Assembly: GCA_024408565.1 (NCBI GenBank)
Contig: JAKSUW010000001.1
Span: 28,498-92,497, forward strand
Origin: Bacilli bacterium
GTDB taxonomy: Bacteria > Bacillota_I > Bacilli_A > RFN20 > CAG-826
Direction of reading: 5' to 3'
DNA: 64,000 bases
Shown here: piece by piece, positions 10,041 through 18,268 of the stretch
How positions within the stretch are numbered: position 1 is the stretch's first letter
Layout: each line of letters opens with the position of its first letter
Translations under genes and position numbers: made by a program
Notes under the pieces: model-generated
Told to the model about the DNA's origin: nothing
Databases searched by the model: none
Seen by the model: the letters and a program-made list of their open reading frames with translations, nothing else

Positions 10041-11134
10041 TAAAAGAAATCGATAAGGTTACCGTTAAATATCAAGATCGCGTTGTTGGTTATTTAGTAA
10101 GAAATAAGGACCAACGCATTAGTTTTCAGTACGATGATGAATGGATACAAAATGGTTTTTCAATTTCTCCGTTATCTTTAAAATTAAGTAATCAAATATA
10201 TATCAACACCAAAGACCCATATAGTTTATTCGGCGTGTTTAATGATTCTTTACCAGATGGATGGGGCGAACTATTAGTCGCTCGCTATTTAGCAAGACAA
10301 GGAATCGATTATGATAAATTATCACCATTGACGAAACTAACCTTAATATCTAATAACGGCTTAGGCGGATTAAAATACGAGCCGACCCAAGGAGTTAGTC
10401 TACCTAATGATAAAAATTATGATTTTGATAAAATGGCGCAGGCAATCAAGGAACTTTTAAATGACGACTACCAAAAGAAAACCTTAGATGAGATATATCA
10501 ATTAGGCGGATCAAGTGGTGGCGCGCGCCCAAAAGCGCATATCAAAATTAAGCAGGAAGACTGGATTGTTAAATTCCCATCGCATATCGATTCGAAAAAT
10601 ATTGGGCAAGAAGAATACCACGCTAATTTATTAGCCAAAGAGTGCGGAATTAATGTCCCAGAAATTAAATTATTTCCTTCAAAAAAATGCCATGGATATT
10701 TCGGTGTGAAACGATTTGATCGGCAAAGTAACAAACCAATTCATATGATTTCGTTAGCCGCCATATTAGAAACGAGCCACCGCTTAGCTAATCTAGATTA
10801 TATTCATCTTTTCCAAGTAATTTCTATCATCGGTACAACCAATGATTTATATGAAGCGTTCCGGCGAATGTGCTTCAACGTTTATTACATGAATAAAGAT
10901 GATCATAGTAAAAATTTTTCATTTATCTATGATGAAAAAACGAATCATTACTATTTATCTCCCGCCTACGATCTCACGAAAACGAAAGATAAATTAGAAC
11001 ACGAAATGACCATTAACGGATCGCCTGACCCAAGCGACGATGATATATTAGCGGTGGCTCGTCGTTTTAAACTTGATATAAAGGTTTGCCAGGAAATCAT
11101 ACAAACGATAAAAGAGGTGGTTCAATATGATTAA
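10037..11134 (+). CDS. hipA: HipA-like Ser/Thr kinase (type II toxin-antitoxin toxin family).
   Basis: 365 aa. HipA N-terminal motif (…SLPDGWGELL…), a P-loop-like GGSSGGARPK, catalytic NKDDHSKNFS and SPAYDLTKT. Confidence 0.7.
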   Translation: MIKEIDKVTVKYQDRVVGYLVRNKDQRISFQYDDEWIQNGFSISPLSLKLSNQIYINTKDPYSLFGVFNDSLPDGWGELLVARYLARQGIDYDKLSPLTKLTLISNNGLGGLKYEPTQGVSLPNDKNYDFDKMAQAIKELLNDDYQKKTLDEIYQLGGSSGGARPKAHIKIKQEDWIVKFPSHIDSKNIGQEEYHANLLAKECGINVPEIKLFPSKKCHGYFGVKRFDRQSNKPIHMISLAAILETSHRLANLDYIHLFQVISIIGTTNDLYEAFRRMCFNVYYMNKDDHSKNFSFIYDEKTNHYYLSPAYDLTKTKDKLEHEMTINGSPDPSDDDILAVARRFKLDIKVCQEIIQTIKEVVQYD

Positions 11135-11705
11135 ATATCCAAACGGTGGCAGTTTCTCGCCAACGAGCAAAAAGAGTAAACCCCATAAACATATCGCGAG
11201 TGCCGCTAACCGCGGGATGAGTTTTGAAGACGCGATTAACCAAAGTAATGAGTTTTATCTTGAACGCGATATTGCGGTCATTACTAAACGCCCCACTCCG
11301 ATTAATGTGGTGAAAGTGGATTATTCGCACGGAGCGAAAATCACCCACGCCTATTTTGAAAAACAATCAACGACTGACTATAACGGCGTGTATAAAGGTC
11401 GTTATCTAGATTTTGAAGCTAAGAGTAGTAAAAATCCTACCTCATTCCCACTTAATAACATTACCCCACACCAAATTAAGCATCTAGAACGGGTGTTAAA
11501 GCACGGCGGAATTGCGTTCTTTTTAATCGAACTCACAAGTTTACACGAAGTATATTATTTATCCGCGGAGTACGTGATTAACTTTTATCATCACGCTAAA
11601 CGGAAATCCATCCCAATTAAAGACATTAAAAAAAGTGGGTATTTAATTAAGCCCACTCTTTTACCCCGCTACCACTATTTAGCGGTGGTCGATAAACTCT
11701 TATAA
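11127..11705 (+). CDS. recU: Holliday junction resolvase RecU.
   Basis: MIKYPNGG…NRGMSFEDAIN…TDYNGVYKGRYLDFEAK…FPL aligns with B. subtilis RecU as I recall it. The start overlaps the hipA-like stop by 8 nt. Confidence 0.9.
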   Translation: MIKYPNGGSFSPTSKKSKPHKHIASAANRGMSFEDAINQSNEFYLERDIAVITKRPTPINVVKVDYSHGAKITHAYFEKQSTTDYNGVYKGRYLDFEAKSSKNPTSFPLNNITPHQIKHLERVLKHGGIAFFLIELTSLHEVYYLSAEYVINFYHHAKRKSIPIKDIKKSGYLIKPTLLPRYHYLAVVDKLL

Positions 11706-12085
11706 CTTTTTAAAATTAAATAATAAAGATAGTTAAATTGATCATTCATTGCGCTGGAATAAAACATGATGCTTTGGTGAGGTGTCGTAAAGCACTTATT
11801 AATTAATTGATCTTTAATCTTTAAGATTTGTTTAATTTCAGCGTTTGCTTTCTTCTTACTACTCTTATAAAGTTTCATCCAACGCTGCAAGATAATCATG
11901 GTTTCGCCATAGGCGAGTAAAACTTCACTCGCGTTTTTAAAAGGTTTAAATTTCTTTTGGTAATCTTTTGGGAATTTAATACTTTTTGGATCCACAAAAT
12001 AAAAGGGAACTAGATACATATCACAAAAGATCCCATGGTGTTTAATTTTACTTTTCATCGTTCTTCCCCCACTTCTTTTCAACAA
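11675..12085 (-). CDS. Hypothetical small basic protein (136 aa). Overlaps the 3' end of recU convergently and is coupled to dnaD.
   Basis: Intact ORF directly downstream of dnaD. Possibly occupies the YpoC position of the Bacillus dnaD-nth-ypoC cluster. No motif recognised. Confidence 0.35.
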   Translation of the reverse strand: MLKRSGGRTMKSKIKHHGIFCDMYLVPFYFVDPKSIKFPKDYQKKFKPFKNASEVLLAYGETMIILQRWMKLYKSSKKKANAEIKQILKIKDQLINKCFTTPHQSIMFYSSAMNDQFNYLYYLILKSYKSLSTTAK

Positions 12086-12707
12086 TATCTAAAGTTTGGT
12101 TAATGTTCTTCTTCCAATTCCCGCTAATGGCGGTGTGCCCCACGTTTTCCATATCATCTCGCGCTTGCCATTTCATTAAAATCTTATCGACCGCTTTTAA
12201 GGAGTTCTTCCGTTTACTAAGCGCTTCGTGTAAGGCTTCAACGCACACTTCTTCGCTATAACCATTCATGACCCATTCATCAATTAAGGATAATTCCACC
12301 GGTGATAAAGTACGACCAAGTTCCCGTTCAAAGACTTCATAGATATTCTTCATCGCTTTGAGATTAGCTTCGTTAAAACGTTGACTCGCGTCTTTGGCGA
12401 TTTCCATTTGATACATTTCGCTTAACTTCTCCTCTAGAGGATGAAGGGAAGTGACTAAGCCTTTAGAAGATTTATTGTAGGCTAAATACTTTTTATGCAT
12501 TAAATTTACTAAGATTTGGTCAATCTCACTAACGGGCAGGTTCATTTTAATCGCTAATAAATCCGCCGTAATTAAACTATTATTTTGTTCTAATAAATGC
12601 TTAATCATGAATAACACCGCAACATCATTTTCGCTTAAAGAAAGTTTTTTATAAAACTCCATTAAAGCGTATTCGAAGTTAATGGCTAAGATTGTATTGT
12701 TATTCAT
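12048..12707 (-). CDS. dnaD: Replication initiation / membrane attachment protein DnaD.
   Basis: 219 aa. The N-terminal winged-helix-like region plus a DnaD-domain C-terminus (…WVMNGYSEEVCVEALHEALSKRKNSLKAVDKILMKW…). Confidence 0.7.
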   Translation of the reverse strand: MNNNTILAINFEYALMEFYKKLSLSENDVAVLFMIKHLLEQNNSLITADLLAIKMNLPVSEIDQILVNLMHKKYLAYNKSSKGLVTSLHPLEEKLSEMYQMEIAKDASQRFNEANLKAMKNIYEVFERELGRTLSPVELSLIDEWVMNGYSEEVCVEALHEALSKRKNSLKAVDKILMKWQARDDMENVGHTAISGNWKKNINQTLDIVEKKWGKNDEK

Positions 12708-12734
12708 AGGGAGAAATATATTACCACATATTTA

Positions 12735-13358
12735 TTAAATATGAGAACTTTTCTCTTTCGCGAGTTCTTGCTTAATTTTGTTCGTGTTAATTTTATCGAT
12801 TAATTTATAAAGTTTTTTCATCGCTAAATACGCGTTTTCTTCAATTTGAAAGCCTAAAGTTTTGGCGAAGCGTTCTGCGCGTAAGATCCGGAGTGGATCT
12901 TCTTTAATCCGGGTAGTTGGATCACCAATAAAACGAATAATCTTCGCTTTTAAATCATCTAATCCGTGACAAAAGTCATAAACTTTTTCATTAATATCAA
13001 TATATAAAGCGTTAATAGTAAAGTCACGCCGCGAATAATCTTTTTCGATTTGACGTGTAAACACTACTTTTCGTGGATGGCGATAATCACTATAATCTTC
13101 CTCTTCGCGGAAAGTCGTAATATCGATATGTTTTAAATGAACATTACCAAAACGTGCGAAGGTAAAATCGGCATCGGGTAAGAATTCTTTTATCTCACTA
13201 GGCGTGGCGTCACTTGCTAAGTCTAAATCAAAGAAAGGACGTTTAAGTAAATAATCACGCGCACTTCCACCAACTAAATATAATTGATAGCCATTACGCT
13301 TAAATAGTTTGGCGAGTTTAATAAATTCTTTTGGTAGCATAACAGTAGTATATACCAA
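12735..13358 (-). CDS. Short polymerase-beta-superfamily nucleotidyltransferase (CCA-adding enzyme / poly(A) polymerase head domain only, 207 aa).
   Basis: LVGGSARDYLL…DLDLAS, TFREEEDYSDYRHPRKVVF and RDFTINALY head-domain motifs. Only 27 bp separate it from the dnaD start, so no body or tail domain can be encoded. Confidence 0.6.
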   Translation of the reverse strand: MVYTTVMLPKEFIKLAKLFKRNGYQLYLVGGSARDYLLKRPFFDLDLASDATPSEIKEFLPDADFTFARFGNVHLKHIDITTFREEEDYSDYRHPRKVVFTRQIEKDYSRRDFTINALYIDINEKVYDFCHGLDDLKAKIIRFIGDPTTRIKEDPLRILRAERFAKTLGFQIEENAYLAMKKLYKLIDKINTNKIKQELAKEKSSHI

Positions 13359-13362
13359 AAAA

Positions 13363-13395
13363 AGAACCGCCGAAGCGGTCCTTTTTAGTAAACTA
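13363..13395 (-). terminator. Rho-independent terminator after hup (GGACCGC-TTCG-GCGGTTC plus U-tract).
   Basis: Near-perfect inverted repeat with a tetraloop and T-run on the minus strand. Confidence 0.65.
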
Positions 13396-13408
13396 TTAAT
13401 TCCTAGAA

Positions 13409-13678
13409 TTAAAGTTTAGCTTTTAAAGCTTTAGAAACTTTGAAAGCAACAGTCTTGCTGGCAGGAATCTTAATTGGCTTACGAGTGGCTGGGTTAATAC
13501 CAGTCCGGGCCTTTCTACTCTTACGAGCAAAAGTGCCAAAGCCAGTTAATCTGACTTCGTCGCCCTTCTTAAGAGCACCTTCTGTCGCACAAATGACGGC
13601 ATTGAGTGCAGCTTCTGCGTCCGCTTTGCTAAGTTTAGCTTTTGCGGCAACAGCTTCAACTAATTCTGCTTTGTTCAT
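13409..13678 (-). CDS. hup: DNA-binding protein HU.
   Basis: MNKAELVEAVAAKAKLSKADAEAALNA…GFGTF…R…RNP. The true start is at 13678, preceded by an AAGGAG RBS. The ORF-track upstream extension is spurious. Confidence 0.92.
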   Translation of the reverse strand: MNKAELVEAVAAKAKLSKADAEAALNAVICATEGALKKGDEVRLTGFGTFARKSRKARTGINPATRKPIKIPASKTVAFKVSKALKAKL

Positions 13679-13804
13679 TAAATTTCTCCTTTGCTTATTC
13701 AGCACTACTAAATTAGCACATATCATCGGCATTTTGCAAGTTTTTTCGCACAAAAAGAAAAATGATGGAAAAATCCTTAATCGCTAGATATGATGCGATG
13801 AATA

Positions 13805-15109
13805 CTATTTTTTCTTCCGAAAAAGGATTTTTAACGGTACGTTATAGAAGCTAAAAGCGTCCCGTAAACGGTTCTCTAAATAGCGGACATACGAGAAGTG
13901 CGCATACGCTGGATTATTAGTAAAGAAAACAAAGGTTGGCGGTGCACTATTAATTTCTTCCGCGTAATAAATTTTTAATCGTCCACCGTTAAAATCCGGT
14001 GCTTCATTCATTTGAATCGCTTCTAACACCACGTCGTTTAAAGTACTAGTCTTAATCCGCGTATGGTACGCTTCATGCGTCGCTAGTAATTCTTGGTAGA
14101 CTTGATCAAGATGTTGTTTTTTAAGCGCACTAATAAAAAGAATATGCACATAATCTAAGAATTTAAATTCGCGGCGAATATCTTTAGTAAAAGAAGCGAT
14201 ATTAAATTCTTTTCTCTTGTTATCCCATTTATTAACTAAGAAGATAATCGCCTTATTGGCATCATGGGCATAACCAACAACATGTTTATCTTGTTCAGTG
14301 AGACCTTCACTAGCGTCCACTAAAAATAAAGCAATTTCCGCGCGGTCAATCGCTTTTAAGGTTCTTAAAGCGGAATATTTATCAATGCTTTCAAAGATCT
14401 TACCCCGCTTCTTTAAACCCGCGGTATCAATCGCCACATAATTTTGTCCATCATGCGTAAAAGGGGTATCCGTCGCATCGCGCGTCGTACCCGCAATACT
14501 AGAAACAATTGCCCGTTTCTCATTTAAAAGTGCGTTTAATAAGGTTGATTTACCAACATTCGGTCGGCCAATTAAGGCAAAGCTAATCGCGTTTGGATAA
14601 TCAACGTAACGTTTCTTTGGCAAAGTCTTAACAATCTTATCAAGTAGGTCACCTACCCCAATGCCGTGTTCACTTGAAATCGGTAGTGGATCGCCTAAAC
14701 CTAACGCATAAAATTCACTCGCTTCATCAAGTTTTTCTACACTATCGACTTTATTAACCGCTAAGATAATTGGCTTATGACATTTATAAAGCATCCGGGC
14801 AACTAACTTATCATCATCGGTTAAACCAATCTTTGCGTCGGTGACAAACACAATTAAATCCGCTTCCGTAATAGCAATCTCTGCTTGGGCGCGTATTTCT
14901 TCTTGAAAGGGCCGTTTATGAAGTTCAATCCCACCGGTATCAATTAAATAAAAGTCTTTAGTAAGCCAAGTGGCCTTCGCGTATAAGCGGTCACGGGTAA
15001 TCCCAGGCGTATTATCAACAATCGCTCTTCGTTCCCCAACGATACGATTAAAAAGCGTGGACTTACCAACGTTAGGTGAACCAATAATTGCCACCGTGCC
15101 TAAAGCCAT
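13805..15109 (-). CDS. der: Ribosome-biogenesis GTPase Der (EngA), two GTPase domains plus a KH-like domain.
   Basis: Two G1 motifs, GSPNVGKSTL and GRPNVGKSTL. 434 aa. Confidence 0.95.
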   Translation of the reverse strand: MALGTVAIIGSPNVGKSTLFNRIVGERRAIVDNTPGITRDRLYAKATWLTKDFYLIDTGGIELHKRPFQEEIRAQAEIAITEADLIVFVTDAKIGLTDDDKLVARMLYKCHKPIILAVNKVDSVEKLDEASEFYALGLGDPLPISSEHGIGVGDLLDKIVKTLPKKRYVDYPNAISFALIGRPNVGKSTLLNALLNEKRAIVSSIAGTTRDATDTPFTHDGQNYVAIDTAGLKKRGKIFESIDKYSALRTLKAIDRAEIALFLVDASEGLTEQDKHVVGYAHDANKAIIFLVNKWDNKRKEFNIASFTKDIRREFKFLDYVHILFISALKKQHLDQVYQELLATHEAYHTRIKTSTLNDVVLEAIQMNEAPDFNGGRLKIYYAEEINSAPPTFVFFTNNPAYAHFSYVRYLENRLRDAFSFYNVPLKILFRKKK

Positions 15110-15110
15110 A

Positions 15111-15782
15111 CTAGGCTCCTAATTTATCATTAATAATCTTCATCATTGCCGTAACGACTTCCGGAATCGTTAAAGGCGAAGTATCAAGTTCAATCGCGTC
15201 ATCGGCTTTCTTTAAAGGTGCAAAGTCGCGGTGCGAATCGATATAGTCTCTTTTCTTAACGTCTTCACGAATTTCTTCGATTGTACAAGGAATCTTCTTT
15301 TCCATGTTTTCCTTGTAACGTCGTTGTGCGCGACATTCAACACTCGCAATCATGAAGATCTTCACTTCCGCGTCAGGAATAACGTAGGTACCAATATCGC
15401 GTCCATCCATGACCACGTTATGGGTTTTCGCAAATTCCTTTTGCATACCGGATAAGACTAAACGAATACCTTTCATCGCCGCGATATAGGAAACATTCGC
15501 ATTCACAATCGGCGTGCGAATCTCGCGAGTAACATCTATATCTCCACAATAAACCGTGTTATCAGGTCTTAAATCAATCTTAATATCATTAATTACTGCC
15601 ACACACGCTTTCTCGTCTTGGCAATTAATGCCGTGTTTTAAACAATACCAAGTGACAACTCGATACATCGCACCGGTATCCATATAGGTATAATTAAGTT
15701 TCTTTGCGATAATTTTCGCAATGGTTGATTTACCAGCGGCCGCTGGTCCATCAATCGCTATTCTTACTAATTTCTTTTCCAT
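15111..15782 (-). CDS. cmk: Cytidylate kinase.
   Basis: IAIDGPAAAGKSTIAK P-loop and Cmk-like overall sequence, 223 aa. Confidence 0.93.
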   Translation of the reverse strand: MEKKLVRIAIDGPAAAGKSTIAKIIAKKLNYTYMDTGAMYRVVTWYCLKHGINCQDEKACVAVINDIKIDLRPDNTVYCGDIDVTREIRTPIVNANVSYIAAMKGIRLVLSGMQKEFAKTHNVVMDGRDIGTYVIPDAEVKIFMIASVECRAQRRYKENMEKKIPCTIEEIREDVKKRDYIDSHRDFAPLKKADDAIELDTSPLTIPEVVTAMMKIINDKLGA

Positions 15783-15847
15783 AACAGCAATATTCTATTA
15801 TATTTATTAAACATTGTGTTTAATTTATCACTACATATGTATACATA

Positions 15848-15932
15848 AAGGGCAAAATGATAAAGTGTCCCCATAAGACTAGATTGGTGTGTTATCATTA
15901 GTGTAGAGGGGGGGACTTTTGCCCCTTTTTTA
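15848..15932 (+). other. Candidate structured RNA leader ending in a terminator-like hairpin plus U6, directly upstream of the AT-rich ORF.
   Basis: GGGCAAAA (15850-57) is complementary to TTTTGCCC (15917-24) and GTCCCC (15867-72) to GGGGAC (15911-16). This nested long-range helix competes with a local GGGG/CCCC hairpin followed by T6. A G7 run sits at 15908-15914. Confidence 0.3.
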
Positions 15933-15943
15933 TTTCCATAATT

Positions 15944-16429
15944 ATGAAATTAATAAACATTAAAAAAGAGAAAGATGCCTTAAAGGAATTATCAAAATTA
16001 AAAAGAAGGGAATATGTCTATAGTGAAATTCGAATAGACAACATCCACCTCAAACATTTAAACCTTCTTGTGAAAGACTACATTTTCACTAAAAACGCAA
16101 TATATGTCAGACCGAGTACATTATGGGCAACTATGAAAAGTGGAGGAAGAAATAATTCACATAATTTCCATGCACTGTCTATTGAAGAAGCATTTAAAAC
16201 CCTTAATGCTATAGATCATCCTAAAGAAATATATGAATCCTTAAAAAGAAGCAAAAGATACATTATCGTAACCGATGTTTTGTTTAAGAACAAAATAAAT
16301 ATTATTGTAATAATCGAAAAGGATGTTGCATTAATCAATAAAATAGATGCTAACATTAACAAAATCATTACTATTTATCCAAAAGATAAGATATCTTTGC
16401 TAAACAATAAGTTACTTTACAAAAGATAA
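15944..16429 (+). CDS. Hypothetical protein (161 aa), compositionally foreign (very AT-rich, AGA/AGG and ATA codons).
   Basis: Intact ORF. GC is clearly below that of the flanking genes and Arg is encoded by AGA/AGG, unlike the host genes that use CGN. No Shine-Dalgarno sequence before the ATG. Confidence 0.45.
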   Translation: MKLINIKKEKDALKELSKLKRREYVYSEIRIDNIHLKHLNLLVKDYIFTKNAIYVRPSTLWATMKSGGRNNSHNFHALSIEEAFKTLNAIDHPKEIYESLKRSKRYIIVTDVLFKNKINIIVIIEKDVALINKIDANINKIITIYPKDKISLLNNKLLYKR

Positions 16430-16570
16430 AAGAAAAAGAGAGCCGAACGGTGCTCCAATTGCATTCCATGGACTCTCAATTCAATTATCATTATATATTA
16501 GTATTTAATAAAAACAAGATGGTAATAAAGAAAAACCTTTTTTAGGCACTATTTTAACGAAAAGTTCAAT

Positions 16571-16606
16571 TTGCCATTTATATAATAAATAAGGTATAAT
16601 CTTACT
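16571..16606 (+). promoter_or_regulatory. Sigma-70-type promoter of the ferredoxin gene (TTGCCA-18-TATAAT).
   Basis: -35 at 16571-16576 and -10 at 16595-16600. A GGAGG RBS at 16613-16617 precedes the ATG at 16626. Confidence 0.5.
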
Positions 16607-16625
16607 ACTGTTGGAGGTAGTAACT

Positions 16626-16799
16626 ATGGCAGTTAAATTAAAAGTAAATAAAGACGTATGCATCGGTTGTGGTGCGTGTGTCGGCGCATTCCCAGATGCT
16701 TTCACCTTCGATAACGATGGCAAAGCCGAATGCATTAAAGAAGTCGACAAGGCTGACGAAGTCAAAGCCAATTGCCCTGTTAGTGCGATTTCTGAATAA
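16626..16799 (+). CDS. fer: 4Fe-4S ferredoxin (single-cluster, small).
   Basis: MAVKLKVNKDVCIGCGACVGAFPDAF…ANCPVSAI. The ORF-track start at 16611 is a TTG artefact and the ATG is at 16626. Confidence 0.85.
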   Translation: MAVKLKVNKDVCIGCGACVGAFPDAFTFDNDGKAECIKEVDKADEVKANCPVSAISE

Positions 16800-16817
16800 C
16801 ACTAAAAGCAATAAAGA

Positions 16818-16841
16818 GGCCGCCCGTGTGGCGGCTTTTTT
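16818..16841 (+). terminator. Rho-independent terminator after the ferredoxin gene.
   Basis: GGCCGCC-CGTGT-GGCGGC followed by T6. Confidence 0.75.
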
Positions 16842-16861
16842 AATGATTAAAGTATTAAACT

Positions 16862-16912
16862 TTATATTTATTATATAAATATATTAATAAATTCGCGTCT
16901 TTTAACGCTCTT
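16862..16912 (+). promoter_or_regulatory. Copy C of the conserved ~45-bp promoter-proximal box (…ATAAATATATTAATAAATTCGCGTCTTTTAACGC…), upstream of the 16942 gene.
   Basis: It is the reverse complement of the box found at 38096-38150 and 38672-38725. The CGCGTC core lies about 45 nt upstream of the ATG. A likely -10 TATATAAG is at 16921-16928 and an AGGAGG RBS at 16930-16935. Confidence 0.5.
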
Positions 16913-16941
16913 CCTACATATATATAAGTAGGAGGAATTTT

Positions 16942-17244
16942 ATGGATAAATATCAAAGTGAATTCATGAATGCATTAGAGGTGATGGAGGTTTTAAAAAA
17001 ATGTCCACTAGATATATTTCTTAAGGTGTATCATAAAATTAAAGGAACACCCGGTAAGATAGTAATGAAAAAGAAAACGCACAAAGTTACATTAGAACAA
17101 GTCGTTAATATGATGAACGACGGTTTTAAGAAGATGGACGCGAAAATGGACGCTGGGTTTAAACAAGTTAACACGCGGATTGACGGTATTGAAGCGCGTC
17201 TAGACTATAACGGTCTTAAAAAGTTACCCACCAATTACAAATAA
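16942..17244 (+). CDS. Small coiled-coil protein, paralog of the 38156-38644 protein (the shared C-terminus GFKQVNTRIDGIEARLDY resembles the Mollicutes DUF16 family).
   Basis: 100 aa. The C-terminal 25 aa are near-identical to the C-terminus of the 162-aa repeat protein. Good RBS. Confidence 0.5.
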   Translation: MDKYQSEFMNALEVMEVLKKCPLDIFLKVYHKIKGTPGKIVMKKKTHKVTLEQVVNMMNDGFKKMDAKMDAGFKQVNTRIDGIEARLDYNGLKKLPTNYK

Positions 17245-17277
17245 AAAGACCTCCAACATTGATGGGAGGTCTTTTAA
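17241..17277. terminator. Bidirectional rho-independent terminator between the 16942 gene (+) and rpsI (-).
   Basis: AGACCTCC-AACATTGAT-GGGAGGTCT hairpin at 17247-17272 with A/T runs on both sides. Confidence 0.7.
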
Positions 17278-17290
17278 GCTGATAGATTGA

Positions 17291-17680
17291 TTAACGCTTG
17301 CTGAATTGTGGCGCGCGTCGAGCACCTTTTAAGCCGTACTTCTTTCTTTCCTTGGCACGAGCGTTACGAGTTAACATCCCCGCATCCTTTAAAGTCGCAC
17401 GGTCCGCTCCACTATCAAGTAAGGCCCGCGCAATCCCTAAACGGATCGCACCCGCTTGACCCGTAAAGCCACCACCATAGACATTAACATTAACATCATA
17501 CTTTTCGGTATTACCGGTTAAAGTTAATGGTTGTTTTAAATCGATGACTAAAGTCTCGTAAGGCATATAGTCTTTGACATCTTTGCCATTGACAGTAATT
17601 TTGCCTTTACCTTTTGTAATCACGACCCGGGCGACGCTACTTTTCCGTCGACCAGTACCGCGAAATTGTTCTTTCGCCAT
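17291..17680 (-). CDS. rpsI: 30S ribosomal protein S9.
   Basis: 129 aa, canonical S9 ending …[14 protein letters not shown]. Confidence 0.96.
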   Translation of the reverse strand: MAKEQFRGTGRRKSSVARVVITKGKGKITVNGKDVKDYMPYETLVIDLKQPLTLTGNTEKYDVNVNVYGGGFTGQAGAIRLGIARALLDSGADRATLKDAGMLTRNARAKERKKYGLKGARRAPQFSKR

Positions 17681-18132
17681 TATCGTTTACCTCCGTATTT
17701 TAATTCATACTTAACTGGTTTTTGCGCTTCATGATCATGTTTATCTTCTGGATAGACAAATAATTTCTTAATCATTTGACGACCTAATGGGCCTTTTGGG
17801 ATCATACCCCAGACCGCTCTTTGCATCATTTCTTCGGGATAGTGTTCTAACATTTCCCCAGCGGTTCTCGTTCTTAAACCACCTGCAAACCCAGACACAT
17901 TATAGTACTTCTTATTATGAATCTTATCTCCGCTTAAAGCGACGTGCTTCGCGTTAATAACAATCACATTGTCACCACAATCGGTATTTGGGGTATAGGT
18001 TGGTTTATGCTTGCCCATGAGTAAAATAGCGACTTGACTCGCTAGGCGTCCTAATGGTTGATCTTTAGCGTCAACGACATACCAGGCGCGTTTAATGTCT
18101 TGGCTTTTCGCTAGACTTGTTTGACGTTGCAT
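17680..18132 (-). CDS. rplM: 50S ribosomal protein L13.
   Basis: 150 aa, canonical L13 (…KRAWYVVDA…LGRLAS…). Confidence 0.96.
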   Translation of the reverse strand: MQRQTSLAKSQDIKRAWYVVDAKDQPLGRLASQVAILLMGKHKPTYTPNTDCGDNVIVINAKHVALSGDKIHNKKYYNVSGFAGGLRTRTAGEMLEHYPEEMMQRAVWGMIPKGPLGRQMIKKLFVYPEDKHDHEAQKPVKYELKYGGKR

Positions 18133-18268
18133 AAATAACTCTCCTTTACTAACGTAATTTATTCTTACCGGGACTAAATTAAGGTTTAGTAATTTTAAGC
18201 CGTGCTATATATAATAGGTAGTTTATAAGATGGTGTCAAGCATTTATCAAAGTAAAACTAGTTTTAAT

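Noticed and set aside
13440-13787. 115-aa plus-strand ORF rich in Ala/Leu.
   Set aside because: Antisense to the hup gene. Mirror-frame artefact of a highly expressed gene.
16440-16500. Sequence …GGTGCTCCAATTGCATTCCATGGACTC… downstream of the AT-rich ORF, considered as a tRNA fragment or att site.
   Set aside because: No cloverleaf-compatible stems, no GTTCGAATCC-type T-arm and no integrase nearby. Insufficient evidence.
18133-18268. Possible L13 ribosomal-protein leader upstream of rplM-rpsI.
   Set aside because: This position corresponds to the known Firmicute L13 leader, but I could not recognise its conserved helices by eye. An Rfam RF00555 scan would decide.
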